Assembly: GCF_009914755.1 (NCBI RefSeq)
Contig: NC_060929.1
Strand: one strand, 5' to 3'
Length of the DNA: 64,000 bases
Source of the DNA: the human T2T-CHM13v2.0 reference genome, Homo sapiens
In this document: positions 43,234-56,224 of the stretch, piece by piece
Layout: every line of letters begins with the position of its first letter
Numbering within the stretch: position 1 is the stretch's first letter
Position numbers and translations under genes: made by a program
Notes under the pieces: generated by a model
What the model was told of the DNA's origin: nothing
The model's input: the letters and a program-made list of their open reading frames with translations, nothing else
Database searches by the model: none

Positions 43234-44399
43234 AGTTCCTTGGCTAGTTTTTTTGTAATATATATATTTCCTATATGTAGCTACCCTGTGGCCTCCCCCT
43301 AAGGTAACCACTTTACTTTTTAGTAGTGAAGAATGTCTAAAATATAATAAAGGTATATCTAGAACACAAACCTCCAAGCAGGAACAACCCATTATCTCTC
43401 CTTTGCATGCCCTGTCAATGGCTTCAAGGTCAAAGCTAGCTAAGTCTCTGAGTGTGTAGGGAGCTGACATCTTGGTGAAAAGTCCTTCAGTACATGCTAG
43501 ATCATAGCTGACTTGCACTATCCTTCCAAACTTTGGAATATCTCTCTGGTATTGGATTGGTTACAATGGAAACAGAAAGATTCTGATCATACAAAATAAA
43601 GATTTTCATTTGTGAGCTCAACCATTGGATCTGTCATCTTCCATTAGTAGAAAAAATGAGGAAATCAAATACTTTGTTTTGTTTTTAACCACGCAGAGAA
43701 GGAAGAGAGTAGAGTGTGGGAAATTGATATATCTGCCTTACTGCCCCAGCCCCTCCCTCTGGAGTGTGCAAGTGGTCAGAAGTCAGCAAATTACTTTTCC
43801 ATCATATTTGGCCCCAAACTACCCTGGTGAGTGAGGAGAAAGGGAATCATTTGATAAGGTTTGGAAAATAGCATCTGTTTTTCTTAGTGTTTCTGGATGA
43901 ATTTATCAGGCATCCGGTAATTTGTACTTTCTGTTGAAAACTATAATAGAATACCGTGCATAGACATGAAACCTTTTGGTATTAGTCAGAAGCTACATAC
44001 TGACTGCTGTTGGAGAAGACCACATTTACAGTCAAGGGTAGAATCATCTGAAATAGTTTCCCCTGGAAAAAAAAAAAACATGGCCATATATGCCTACATA
44101 GATCTCCTCTTTGCTTCATGAATTTGGAACTAAACCTGGGTGTTTAGATAATTCCAGTTCTAGGATTTTCTCACCTTGAGTTTATTCCCCTTATTCTTAC
44201 TAGTTCAGTTTGGCCACTGTACATATGGAGCTTACTAGAGGCAAAGCACTCTGTGAGGGGCAATGGTTATACAAATAAGTAAGACTTTCCTGGGAAAACT
44301 AAATCCTGACATCAAGGGTGAAGCACAAATACAGTCACTTATGGAGGGCTGTCACTCATGGAGGGCTGACTATTGTAAGCTTTAGATATATTGATTTAT

Positions 44400-44565
44400 T
44401 TAATCCTCTTCTCTATGAGGCAGATCATGCTTTTTATGTCTAGTTTACAAATAAGGAAGGTGAAGCAAGTCACTTGTCTTATGTAATCCTGCTGGCAAAT
44501 GAAGAGCCAGAATTTGAGCCCAGGGGCCCTTGTTCCAGAGTCCACACTCAGAATCACTGTGCTAC
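44400..44565 (-). mobile_element. MIR within L2-like sequence (about 44215-45240)
   Basis: 'ttaatcctc...tttacaaataaggaagg...gagccagaatttgagcccagg'; flanks are L2-like purine-rich sequence. Confidence 0.6.
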
Positions 44566-47094
44566 AGTGGAACACAGCAAATGTGTTGAACATGCAAGCA
44601 CTGAGTGCCATAGAGCATGGAGAAGAGCCAGCCGGCACACCCCAGGGCTGATTCAGTGAAGTGGGGTTTGAGATAGAGGGGCCATGAGCAGTCTCTGGCT
44701 GTGCTTCTGTATTTTCAAGGAGGTGACATCTTGAAGGGGAATTTATGGGATGAGAAAGGGGTTACTAGTTGAATGAAGAGATCTGAGGAGCCTACCACGG
44801 AGAAGGCATGGCTGGGTAGAGACCTCGAGTTGAGAGATGGTACTTGGGGCTAGTGGCAGGGGTGGCGAGAGGTGAGCGGGGAACATCTATTCCTGGGACC
44901 TTAGTAATGAGACTCAATCCTGGACAAGCATCCTTGTGATAGGGATGTTCAATGCGGAGTAACTGGGAGGAGACCTTGTCGAGGAGCATATCATGCTGTC
45001 CTTCAAGTCCAAGTCCTTCATGCCCCAGGCAGGCAGGTGGATGCATGCTCTGACTTGAGAAGAAACGCCATTCACAGGGCTGGATTTTTAAGTATTAATA
45101 CAAGGCAAGAAGGGGCAAAGCATGAAGTCAAGGCTATGGGCAAGGGTAAGATCTAAAGAGTTTTGTGTTTGTGACCAGGAATATGAATTTTCCTTATGGT
45201 GATGGTTTTAGAAAAATCAGTGCAGTAGCTTTGTGGAGTTTGAATTTGTTCAGTACACAGCTCTAAATTCCACATTTATAATAATTGGCTATCTTCTTGA
45301 ATGACATATGGATATTTGATCTTTGCAAGTCTCTTAATGAACAGTGACAGCGATGTAACAGATTGTTTTCGTCAACATCTACAAAGGTCCTCTCTGCCAA
45401 GCCATTGGACTAAAATATTCAGTAGAATAAAGTGGACCACTTGGGAGTTTCCTTACTCTGATTTCATCTTTCTGTCTTTAGAGAGAAATGGTTATGTTAC
45501 CAGAATACTCAGCAGAAATAAGAGAGAGAGGCAGAGGAGCTGTGAAATCCATATAATAAACAACCATCTGTTAGTAATTTATCAGACACATATAGGGCCT
45601 CAGCACAGTGGGTTCATTTGGACATGCAACACTAAGAAGTGTTTTTTCCTCATAAGTGTGTACATACGGTAATTGACTATAATTAATAGGTCAGCCTAAA
45701 GGTGAAAAAAAATCAAATTCCAAAAATATAATTTTGACAAACATCCTGTTAGCCATCATATTAATTATTCTATCTTTCAGTAGGATCTGAAGTCTGTCTG
45801 GGTAATCTTCAGCCTATGTGCCATGTGACTTTACCTGAATGTTAATTACATTAGCATGCTTTAGTGGAAAGGAAAGAAGGAAGAAGGTTGAGATGGGAGA
45901 TCTGGGTTCCAGAACCAGTTCAAGTTCAACTCAAATGCTTTTCTAGAAATAGGAGAAATTAAACTGTATGATTTTTAAATCCTTTTTTAATTTGAAAATG
46001 CTTTTGAATTTGAACATATTAAGAGTATAATACTTCATACTTTCTCACGCACTCTCCCACCTGTTGCAGGCTCATGCTTTCAGCCTGAAACAGGTCATTT
46101 TGGCTGAAGCGAGCGACAAACATCCTTCACCCATTTTTAACAATTTCCCATTGCATTAAGTTACCCAAACTTTTTAGTCAAGTTCTGTTTTGAGTGAGCA
46201 TTTGATGGTTATTCCCTTCTCACAAATACACTAAACTATTCGATCATAACAGACTCAGTCAAACCAAAAAAAACAGATGCTATTCCCTAAATAATACCCA
46301 TCAATTTCTTCATTAATGTGTTTTTGAATTGTTTACAATAAAACAAAAGTAACAATCCACTGTTGTAATGATAAGACCAGGGTATTTCCTCATATTAGAA
46401 ACAAGTCAAAATCCATTGTCTCTACTTCCTTTGCAGAATTTAGTTGACCTCATCCAAATTAAGAAAACACTTAGCTTGAAAGTTTGCCCTGCTAATTTTC
46501 ATAGAAAATTAAAGTAAAATCATTATCAAGGGCCATGGTTTATTTTTCATCATTGTATAACTCTACATATTTTAGGTATAAACAAAATTTTGTGCATTTT
46601 TATTTCAAAAGACATAAATTTTGTTAATGTGTAAAATATAAAAAAGCTCAGAAGAAATTTACTTGTAATTTTACATCTGAAAAATAAACACTTGATGCTG
46701 AGGTGCTTTTACCCTTTCAGACGTTTTTCTGCATATATATATATAGAAATAACTCTCACTTCACTATGTGGTGCTTTACTGTTTTATAGATGGATTGAGA
46801 CACAGTGGACACCCATACTTTTATTCTGGATGGACCTACTGTAAAATAGTGCTAAATGTTAACCATTTTTTTTCAGATCTTAGGTCATATATTTTCTTGT
46901 TCCTCCTAAAATAACTCTGATCGTAGGAAAAATGATACATTTAAGGTAAAAGTTATCACAAATTCAATCTGTTAAATTTGTGTCACACCTAGAGCTAAAT
47001 AAAAATCTTTGTAGAGAAATATATTTCTATTTTTAAACTATAAACAGCTTCATAAGCAGATATTTTGTAATTAGCAGGGAGTGGAGGGAAGAGA

Positions 47095-47322
47095 ACCAAC
47101 ATTTATGGAACATTTACAGTTTGCCAGGCTTTGTGATAGTGAATTTAAATGTACTTTCTAAACTAATTTTTATGTAACAAGGAGAGTTCCATATTATCCA
47201 TTTTACAACTAAGGAAATAAGAACAGAGAGTTTAAATAGTTTGAACTTGGTCACACTGCTTTAAAGCTATAAAGATACAATTTGAACCCAAGCTTGTCTG
47301 ATTCCAAAGTCTATGATTGTTC
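47095..47322 (-). mobile_element. MIR
   Basis: 'catttatggaacatttacagtttgccagg...ccattttacaactaaggaaa...ggtcacac...tttgaacccaagcttgtctgattccaaag'. Confidence 0.75.
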
Positions 47323-47377
47323 TTAAAAAGAAAAACTTAACAGCTTTTTGTTTCAAACTACCAAAGTAATATTTACT

Positions 47378-47948
47378 TATGGACAAATAGAGGGGATGTA
47401 TTAGTCCATTTTCACACTGCTGATAAAGACATACCTGAGACTGGGAAGAAAAAGAGGTTTCATTGGACATATACTTCCATGTGGCTGGGGAGATCTCAGA
47501 ATCATGACAGGGAGGTGAAAGGCACTTCTTACATGGTGGTGGCAAGAGAAAATGAAGAAGATGCAAAAGCGGAAACCCCTGATAAAACCATCAGATCTTG
47601 TGAGACTTATTCACTATCACAAGAACAGTATCATGGGGAAACCGACCCCATGATTCAAATTATTTCCCACCTGGTCCCTCCCACAACACGTAGGAATTAT
47701 GGGAGCTACAATTCAAGATGAGATTTGGGTGGGGACACAGAGCTAAACCAGGGGAAAAGCACATTCTGGGGCCTATCAGAGGGTGGAAGGTGGGAGGTGG
47801 GAGAGGATCAGGAAAAATAAATAATGGGTGCTAGGCTTAATTCCTGGGTGATGAAATAATCTGCACAACAAACACCCACAACCCAAGTTTACCTATATAA
47901 CAAACCTGCACATGTACCCCCAAACTGAAAGTAAAATTAAAAAAAAAA
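47378..47948 (+). mobile_element. L1PA13-16-like 3' end, split by THE1
   Basis: 'ggacaaatagagggga' [THE1] 'aaagcacattctggggcctatcagagggtgg...gaggatcaggaaaaataa...gtacccccaaac' plus A tail. Confidence 0.88.
47397..47750 (-). mobile_element. THE1 solo LTR lacking terminal 5 nt
   Basis: TGTATTAGTCC...AGCTAAACCA; TSD GGGGA at 47392-47396 and 47751-47755. Confidence 0.93.
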
Positions 47949-47989
47949 CTAGAGAATAAAGAAATACATGACATAAAAGATAGAGACAT

Positions 47990-48470
47990 CAATAAATCCA
48001 CTCCAGATTAACTACTGTTAATTGTCTGGCACATGTTTTTAAAATCTGTTTTCTGTCCATATTCTAAGATACACATGTATTTTTTTACTGCTTTCATTCA
48101 CTTTTCCTTCCTTCCTTCCTTCCTTTTTTTTCTTTCTTTTCAAAATGTGACCATGATATACATACTTGTGTTTTTCCACTTGGCTGTTTACTTCCATGAC
48201 TCCTTCCAAACTCCTTTTGAATAGCTATAAATTAAAGTAGCATTATCTGTCATAGTTAACCAGTTACTAATAAATGCATATTGCGGTCATTTTTAAACAT
48301 GTTTTAATAAACATTCATATATATTTATCTTTATGTATGTATGCAAGTATTTTTGTAAGATAAATTACCTACATTACAAATTCCCAAGACTAAAAGTATG
48401 AACCCATTACATTATAAACCATACTGCAACATTGCCTTCCATAACATCTTACCAATTTATACTCCCATGG
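47990..48470 (-). mobile_element. Ancient L1ME-like 3' fragment
   Basis: 'gtatgcaagtatttttgtaagataaattcc'-like and 'accaatttatactccca' motifs. Confidence 0.5.
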
Positions 48471-48649
48471 CACTGCCGCAGGCATTGTCAGTAAACCCTA
48501 ACCAAATGACAGGGATAGAGATCATTCATCCCACCTCAATTTTACTGATCAAAACACTGAGCCTGAGAGGGGTAGGGGTTTGCTCATCCTTACACCTGTA
48601 GAAAGTACTGGGGTCAAGCCCAGCTGAATTATAATATTAACTATGTAAA

Positions 48650-48895
48650 GTATAATAATAGCAAGCCAACACTTCAGAGTTCTAGGCACTGTTCTAATTT
48701 TAAACTCATTTAATTCTCATATCAACTCTGTGAGTTGGGTACAATTACTATCCCCAGATTGCAGATAAGGAAGCTGAGGAACACAGAGAGAGCCTAAATG
48801 ACGTTTCCCATCAGCACATCTCCTGAGAGGCTGAGCCACCATTAGAATTAGGCAATATGGTCCCAGAGTCCATGCTCTTCACTTGCATGCTATAT
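48650..48895 (-). mobile_element. MIR
   Basis: 'aactcatttaattctcatatcaactctgtgag...ccccagattgcagataaggaagctgagg'. Confidence 0.8.
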
Positions 48896-50688
48896 TTCTA
48901 TGTTTTACTTATTTTCTATAAAGTAAGTTGTTTCCAAGAGGTATTCCAACAAAGTCACCTAGTGAAGTTCACTAAAATGTCATGAGCATAAGAGAGCCGT
49001 AGGCACCATCAAACATAGAAGATCAGGATCAAAGATTTTAAAGGTGGCAAAAGTAGTGAATGTTTTCTTGTGGTCTTAGGCAAAGTGAGAAATCAATACA
49101 ATTAGATTGGGATCAGAAAACATATTTGAGCTTAGCTTAATTATGCAGAAATAGATGATTTATTTTTTCCTCCAATAAAGTTAGGTATCTTTTTAACTAC
49201 TAGCAGACATATGTGAAAATGATTTGCAAAGGGTGACTTCATTGTAAATGCTACAGCATCTGGTATATGTGTATATGTGTATAATTATTGAATGTGTATG
49301 TTTGTCATGTCTCTATTTTGAGGACCGATAGATATAAGTTGAGGAAATAGAAACAGGTAAGTTAAAGAATTGTTCCAAGTTGGCACATTGGTTCAAGAAA
49401 ATGTAGTATTCACCAGTATGCCAGTTTGGATTTCTTTCCAAGTTCATGGCTTGGTATTCCAGTCTTATTCCTTTTTTTCTTATTCACATTAGAATTCTGT
49501 AACACTGTAAAAGAATTATTGCAAATTTTATCCTTACAACTATTAGAGATGGAAAAAACTGGAGCAGGGAGGAAAAAGTATATATATATTTTACATAATA
49601 TATATAATATATGCATATTATATATAATACATATTCAAAACTTATTTAGGATTTATCATTCAAACATTTTATCTATCATATAACAAATAACCATAAATGA
49701 CACATCAGCATTGATAGCTAAGATAAGGGATTATTCTACAGTAAACCATTCAGCTAATATTTTATTCAGGAAAGAGGTTCTTTTGGTATTCATTGGATGA
49801 AAAAAAGGTTTTCAGAAGAAAGCCAGTAGTTTTGAAGCTTAAGTCCTTCTGTGGTGGGATCTGAGAACTGGAGAATTCTTTGAGGGCATTTATTGTTAAG
49901 TACTGTGTTTATAAAGGACAGGCAATAAATGCTGTCAGATGTCCATAAATTTTATTTGCAAGAGATGCTTTAGTGGGAATTATCTAATGTGCACATTTGT
50001 ACTGATATGTCTTCAGTAACTTTCAGCTCTGAATCCACAAGGGAGCAAGCTACCTCGGCCAAATGTTAGTTTTTTGTTGATCTTTCTTTGCTTTTTAAAG
50101 GAGCCAAATTATTTTGATTTTTTGAGTCTGATTTAAGTTGTTGCTTCTCTTATTTAATAAAATCTAATATAGAACCATTTTGCAGATTTTACCATTTTTC
50201 CACTTACTATACTCATGGATGCTCAGTGACCACCGGAAATGTAGTATAATAAAATATTGTTTTATGGCTATGAACTAGGATATAATTAATACACAATATG
50301 GTCTGGAAACAATTCTACTTATATAACTTAACCAGTATTTTTATATCTGATATCCATTTTTAATATGTTGAAATAAAACATACCTTGGATCCTCTTCCTC
50401 ACATTATTTAAAGTTAGGTTTTCAAATCCAATACTTACGATCAAGTGCTAGACAGAGATCAAAGAAGCCATCCAATTGTCTGTGCCCCAGTGTGAAGTAG
50501 ATGATGCAGTGATTCAAGGAGGTGATGGGTGGAGCTTTTGAGGAGCCCCTACTGTGTCCACCAGGATTGGAGCCAAGAGAGAAAGTGAACTGGGCCCAGG
50601 CTGCAGTAGAAGCTTTTTATCCATCTTCTATTCCATCCTTCCAGTGACACAATAAGATAAGCATGATTACCCCAGTTGAGATAAGCAT

Positions 50689-51218
50689 CAGAGATCCTCA
50701 ACCTAGGGTGATTTTGCCCCACAGGGAACACAGAACAATGTCTAGAGACATTGTTGGTTGTCACAACTGCTGGTATCCAACTGGCATCTACTGAGTAAAG
50801 GACAAATTATCTCACCTGTATTAGTCCATTCCACACTGATAATAAAGACATACGCAAGACAAGGTAACTGATAAAGGAAAGGGGTTTAATTGACTCACAG
50901 TTCCACGTGGCTCGGGAAGTCTCACAATCATGGCAGAAGGCAAAAGGAGCAAAGTCATGTCTCGCATGGCGGCAGACAAGAGAGTGTGTGCAGAGGAACT
51001 CCCTTTTATAAAAACAATCAGATCTCATTAGTCTTATTTACTATAATGAGAACAGCACAGGAAAGACCTGCCCCCATTATTCAATTACCTCCCATCAGGT
51101 CCCTCCCACGACATGTAGGGATTACGGGAACAACAGTTCAAGATGAGATTCGGGTGAGGACACAGACAAACCATGTCACCACTCAAGATATCAATAGCGC
51201 CAAGGCTGAGAAACCCTG
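50689..51218 (+). mobile_element. MER20 hAT-Charlie element split by THE1, itself within a MIR
   Basis: 'cagagatcctcaacctagggtgattttgcccc...aatgtctagagacatt' and 'tcaatagcgccaaggctgagaaaccctg'; MIR continues as 'cccattttacagat'. Confidence 0.85.
50817..51178 (-). mobile_element. THE1 solo LTR
   Basis: TGTATTAGTCC...AAACCATGTCA termini; degenerate TSD TCACC/CCACT. Confidence 0.93.
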
Positions 51219-52174
51219 ACCCATTTTACAGATAAAGAACCTGAGGATATAAAAATTTGAATACGTTGACCAAGGTTCACAATTTGTGAATGGTAGAGTT
51301 AACATCAAACTCAGGCTTGACTCATAAGTTTATCCTCTTTATCAATAAAACTCATTCCTTCATGGGTAGTTAGAAACACAATCAGAAAATGCAGATCAAC
51401 ATCCAGTTGCAGACAGTTGTAAATATTAGGGGACTGTACATCATAGAGATTTTAGATCCATTGAATATTTATATCTAGAACTATTAAATAAAAAGCACAT
51501 ACTTCTAGGAAATCAAAGTTCAGCTGAGAAGACTAGGGAAAATATATAGGCATACGTGGAATTCCAGTTTTCAAACAATTTATTGGTAACAAAATTTTAT
51601 TCCTTGTACTTTTCTATTTATGTGGACACATATTCTCCTATCTGACAGCCTAGAGTTACCTAAATTTATTAAGTATGAGAAAATTGAATCAGATATTTTA
51701 TTTTCAATATTATTTCCAGAACTCTTCATTTTTAGTTTATAAATATTGAGAAATGCCCTCTGGCTGTCCTGCTTGATTTATTTTATTCTTTGTATCTCTT
51801 GTCAAAGAAGTCCAGTGCATCCAGGCTACCAATAAGGAATTCTGATCCAAGCCTTGCACATCGTATTGAAAAGTCCTAGTTGCACAGATAATATTTAATT
51901 CTTTAGGAAGTTGGGCTTATTTTAGTTTCGGATAAGCTTATGCAAATTCAGGTCCCTTGGAGCCAGTCCTTGAAAAGCACTTATTCCAGTCTTTGTTGTC
52001 TTCTCACATTCATCCTCATCAGTGTATTAATTTCCCTTAACCTGGCTTTTTAGTTCCTCATTTTCGTAGTTGTCAACAAATCCAAGGCTTCTTTAACCAA
52101 TTAGATACTTAGGGGTGATATGGTTCTTATTATTGGACTTGTCTTGGAAAATTACTAGACTATGGGCCGAAATA

Positions 52175-52370
52175 ATCATAGAGTATTAGAGTTGACAGGA
52201 GATTTAGAAACTAATTGTCTAGACCAGATGTCTAATTATATACTTAGAGAAGCTAAGGTCCAAAGAGGTTAAGTATCTTTGCCAAGGTCAAACAGCTGGT
52301 TAGCAGTTATGGTGGAACCGCAGTTCTTATCTGCTGATTCTCATTTCTAGGCTGTCTGCACCACACTTTT
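52175..52370 (-). mobile_element. MIR (MIRb/MIR3-like)
   Basis: 'gagaagctaaggtccaaagaggttaagtatctttgccaaggtcaaacagctggttag'. Confidence 0.75.
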
Positions 52371-53463
52371 TGCTACCCTAGAATGTGCTTCAAGATAATA
52401 TTTGCTACATGGCATTCCACAGTGGTACATCTGTACCCAGTGTGTATTCTTTAACACTGCATGTTTTGTGGCTTAATTGGCCTTACCAAGATAATAGGTG
52501 GTTTCTTAGGCCCAGGTGTGACCATGGCAGTACTGATACCTAAAACTTGAAACAGGAGTGCCATTGTCATCACACTTTCTTATAATTCAGACACAGGCAC
52601 AAGCTCCCAAGGATGGCTGCCTCACAGACCACATATGCAAGGATATTACCAGAATGACTGACATTTACATTGTCCCTGTATCTGAAGTCTTTGAAAAGAG
52701 CAACAACAACCACTCAAACTAGAAGGCAGAAAGCAAATGCTTGAGATCTTCTGTCAAGCCAAAGCCCTCTCTTGCTCAGCCACCTATGTGGTTGAAGGCA
52801 AAAGGCATCTTTGCTATGGCACAGAGTGATGGGGCATAAGGTAGTGACAGTTGCACGGACACCCAACAAAGGACATCTATACTGACTCAGTGGGAAACTA
52901 CACTGTACTTGGTGATTCTCAGAGCCACTGAGCATAGAGGACTGCATGGAGCAGACCTTATTACCCATACTTCCCAACCTCTGGTTTTAAGGCCAAGCAA
53001 AGATAGAAACACAGGCTTCTCTAGAATATAGCAGCAGGGATATGAACAGAAGAGAGAGAGCTGGTAGCATAGTCCTATTAACATAACCAGCCCTGCTGGT
53101 GTCCTGAAGTCGTGGGGTGTTGACCACAGAAAATCAGCAGCCCTCTTCAGGTCACCTGGTGCAATGTGGCACATTGTTGGGCTCCTTCTGAAAAACGTGG
53201 CACATGCTCACCCTGTTATATCCGCCATATTCCAACTCCATTTGTCTAAGGACCTAGGTTGCAGTAATCTTCTACAAATACATATTTTAATATATGATCA
53301 GCCAGACTTCATTTAATTGTTTATTAAACATTTATTTATGGAGTATCTACTATAGGCCAGGCATAATTAGTGGTATAAGGTGACATGGAAAATTAAACTT
53401 ATGGAAAGAGTTTTAACACTGACTGTCTTTGAGAATGGAAAGAAAAGAATGGAGAAATGACCT

Positions 53464-53825
53464 TAATGTGGTTTGACTGTGTCCCCACCCAAATCTCATC
53501 TTGAATTGTAGCTCCCATAATTCCCTCATGTTGTGGGAGGGATCCTGTGGAAGATAACTGAATCATGGGGGCGGTTTCCCCCATACTGTTCTCGTGGTAG
53601 TGAATAAGTCTCACAAGATCTGATGGTTTTATAAGGGGAAATGCCTTTCACTTGGCTCTCATTCTTCTCTTGTCTGCCACCATGTGAAACGTGCCTTTCA
53701 CCTTCCACCATGATTGTGAGGCCTCCACAGCCACATGGAACTGTGAATCCATTAAACCCCTTTCATTTGTAAATTGCCCTGTCTCGGCTATGTCCTTATC
53801 AACAGCATAAAAACAGACTAATACA
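53464..53825 (+). mobile_element. THE1 solo LTR
   Basis: Ends 'gactaataca'; perfect TSD GACCT at 53459-53463 and 53826-53830. Confidence 0.95.
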
Positions 53826-54957
53826 GACCTTTATTGAACATCTACAAAAACCGGGCATTTTATGTATATTATTGTACTGAATCCTCACAAGACTCTTATT
53901 AGGCAGTCATTTTTATTCTCAATTAACAAATTAAGGAAACAACTCAAAGATCTGTAGAGTACCTGAGGTTCACAGCTAGCGAGCAGGGAGCTGGTGGTGC
54001 TCTTTCCCATGCTCCAGTGGCTTCAATGAAGATGCTCTTTCCTGTATTTCAGTGGCTTCATGGGCTGAGTTGGGTCCCCTGCCATGCAGAACAGGAACAT
54101 GCCACTGAAGCAGCTGGATGATGTGGCAGTGGGAAGGTGGGCAAAGCTGATTTGGGGCAGAAGCAGGGAGTGCTGATGTGCAGCAGAAAGGAACCTCAAC
54201 TCCCTGAGAGTCCAGCTGGGGTGGAGCCTCGTCCTTACTGACGTGGAGGAAAGGGATTCTGTCCCATACTCCCTATCCTATGCCACATCCAAAACCTGAG
54301 GCCAGTAGGGCTGCTCATTCCCATCTAAGAAAGCCCCTGGGGAACTCAAACATTTTACTACATGTGCACATCTGTGTGTATTGAGAGCATGTTCTTATGT
54401 ATGGGTGTGTGTACACTGCACAGGGGTATCTCGGTTGACTGCAATCCCCACACATGATGTATAGCAAAGTGTTTAAACAGTGACCTCTTGTACTAAAATT
54501 TCCCAAAGGGCACTGTGAGGTAGCAGACGTCCACTCTAAATTAGATTTCATTTTATTTGCTCTCTAGTGCAGGTAGCAATAAGTAGCAAAAACCCAAGGA
54601 TGGAAAGCGAGAAATAGAAGCTTAAGAGAAGAACTGAGGAAATCCCTAAAATTAAAGATTTTCAGTGTTAACCTTTTCCACTTGGAACATGTGCTTTCTG
54701 GTCATCATTTTCTTTTTAAGGGCCCATTTTTATTTAAGAAGAAAAAGTCTTTTTTCATGTGCTTTTGCCAGAGAATATAGAGTTATATTCACATAAATCA
54801 AGGCAGGAATTTGACAGGTACCAGTCTGATGTGATCCACGTGGGCTAGGGTCATAAAATATCTACATGGGAGCCATGGAGAATGGTCGATGTGACCTCAC
54901 ATTGGTGACAAAATTCCTTTTACTGTCTGGCACCATTTCTGTGTTCCTCTTGCTGTC

Positions 54958-55852
54958 TCTTATGGTTTGGATATGGTTCATTTGTCACCACCAAATCTCA
55001 TGTTGAAATTTCATCAGTGTGTCAGTCCTGGGAGGTGGGGCCTAGTGGGAGGTATTTGGGTCATGGAGACAGAGCCCTCATGAATAGAATAATGCTCTCT
55101 TTTGGTGATGAGTGAGTTCTCACCCTGTTAGTTCACCAAGAGAGCTGGTTGTTAAAAAGAACCTGGTACCTCCTCACTCTCTCATGCTTCCTCTCTTTGT
55201 ATGCTCTCTGCCCATGCAGGGTCCTCCTCGCCTTCCACCATGAGTGGAAGCAGCTGTTGGCCCTCACTAGATGCCTAATCTTGAACTTGGTAGCCATTAG
55301 AATTGTAAATCAATTCTAGAGTTGTAGGTGGTTCCCTATCACTGATAGTCTATTGACTAGAGTTACGGATGGGTATTGAGGACTGTGATGTGCTAAGAAT
55401 GGATGAAAATAAGATTATCTGTCAGGTCTCTCAGAGAAGAGTAACCAAACTTGGCAGAAATCACTTAACATGAGTGTCTAGGTATTCCTTTATAGCAACC
55501 CAAATGGACTAAGACACCATTTCTAGAAGCCCTGTCATTGATATTCTAGAGTTGTAGGTGGTTCCCTATCACTGCCTAATCTTGAACTTGGTGGTCATTA
55601 GAATTGTAAATCAAACAAACTTTTTTTTCATTCTGAATTACCCAGTCTAGGTATTCCTTTATAGCAACCCAAATGGACTAAGACACCATTTCTAGAAGCC
55701 CTGTCACTGATATTCTAGAGTTGTAGGTGGTTCTCTATCAGTGCCTAATCTTGTACTTGGTGGTCATTAGAATTGTAAATCAAACTTTTTTTTTCCATTC
55801 TGAATTACTCAGCCTAGGTATTCCTTTATAGCAATCCAAATGGACTAAGACA
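54958..55852 (+). mobile_element. MSTB1/2-like LTR with rearranged and triplicated 3' end
   Basis: 'tatggtttggatatgg...ccaaatctcatgttgaaatt...ggaggtggggcctagtgggagg'; LTR terminus 'tttatagcaacccaaatggactaagaca' present three times. Confidence 0.88.
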
Positions 55853-56044
55853 CCATTTCCAGAAGCCCTGTCATTGATATTCTAGAGTTGTAGGTGGTTC
55901 CCTATCACTGATGGTCTATTGACTAGAGTTACGGATGGGTATTGAGGACTGCGAGGTGCTAAGAATGGATGAAAATAAGATTATCTGTTAGGTCTCTCAG
56001 AGAAGAGTAACCAAACTTGGCAGAAATCGCTTAACACAAGTGTC
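55272..56044. repeat. Complex tandem repeat (about 168-bp unit) with a displaced 166-bp duplicate
   Basis: Segment 'attctagagttgtaggtggttc' recurs at 55313, 55543, 55712 and 55879. Confidence 0.95.
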
Positions 56045-56224
56045 ACAGAACAAGTAGAATAAAGTTACTGGGAGGAACCAGAAAAGTAGTGCAGATTTGT
56101 TAATGCTGAAATGTAGCCAAGACACATGGTTTACGTTGCAGTAGAATAAGTCAGCAGGTTCAGTAGATTCTAATTTCTATTGAAATCCATCTTAAGAAAA
56201 TATTAAAGAAATATTATTATATCT

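Noticed and set aside
49578-49635. TA-rich stretch as a structured palindrome
   Set aside because: Simple low-complexity (TA)-rich DNA without long specific stems, unlike 35195-35341.
55272-56044. Repeat-spacer appearance suggesting a CRISPR-like array
   Set aside because: The intervening segments are themselves repeated, the units are about 168 bp and partly LTR-derived, the context is primate DNA, and there are no cas genes.
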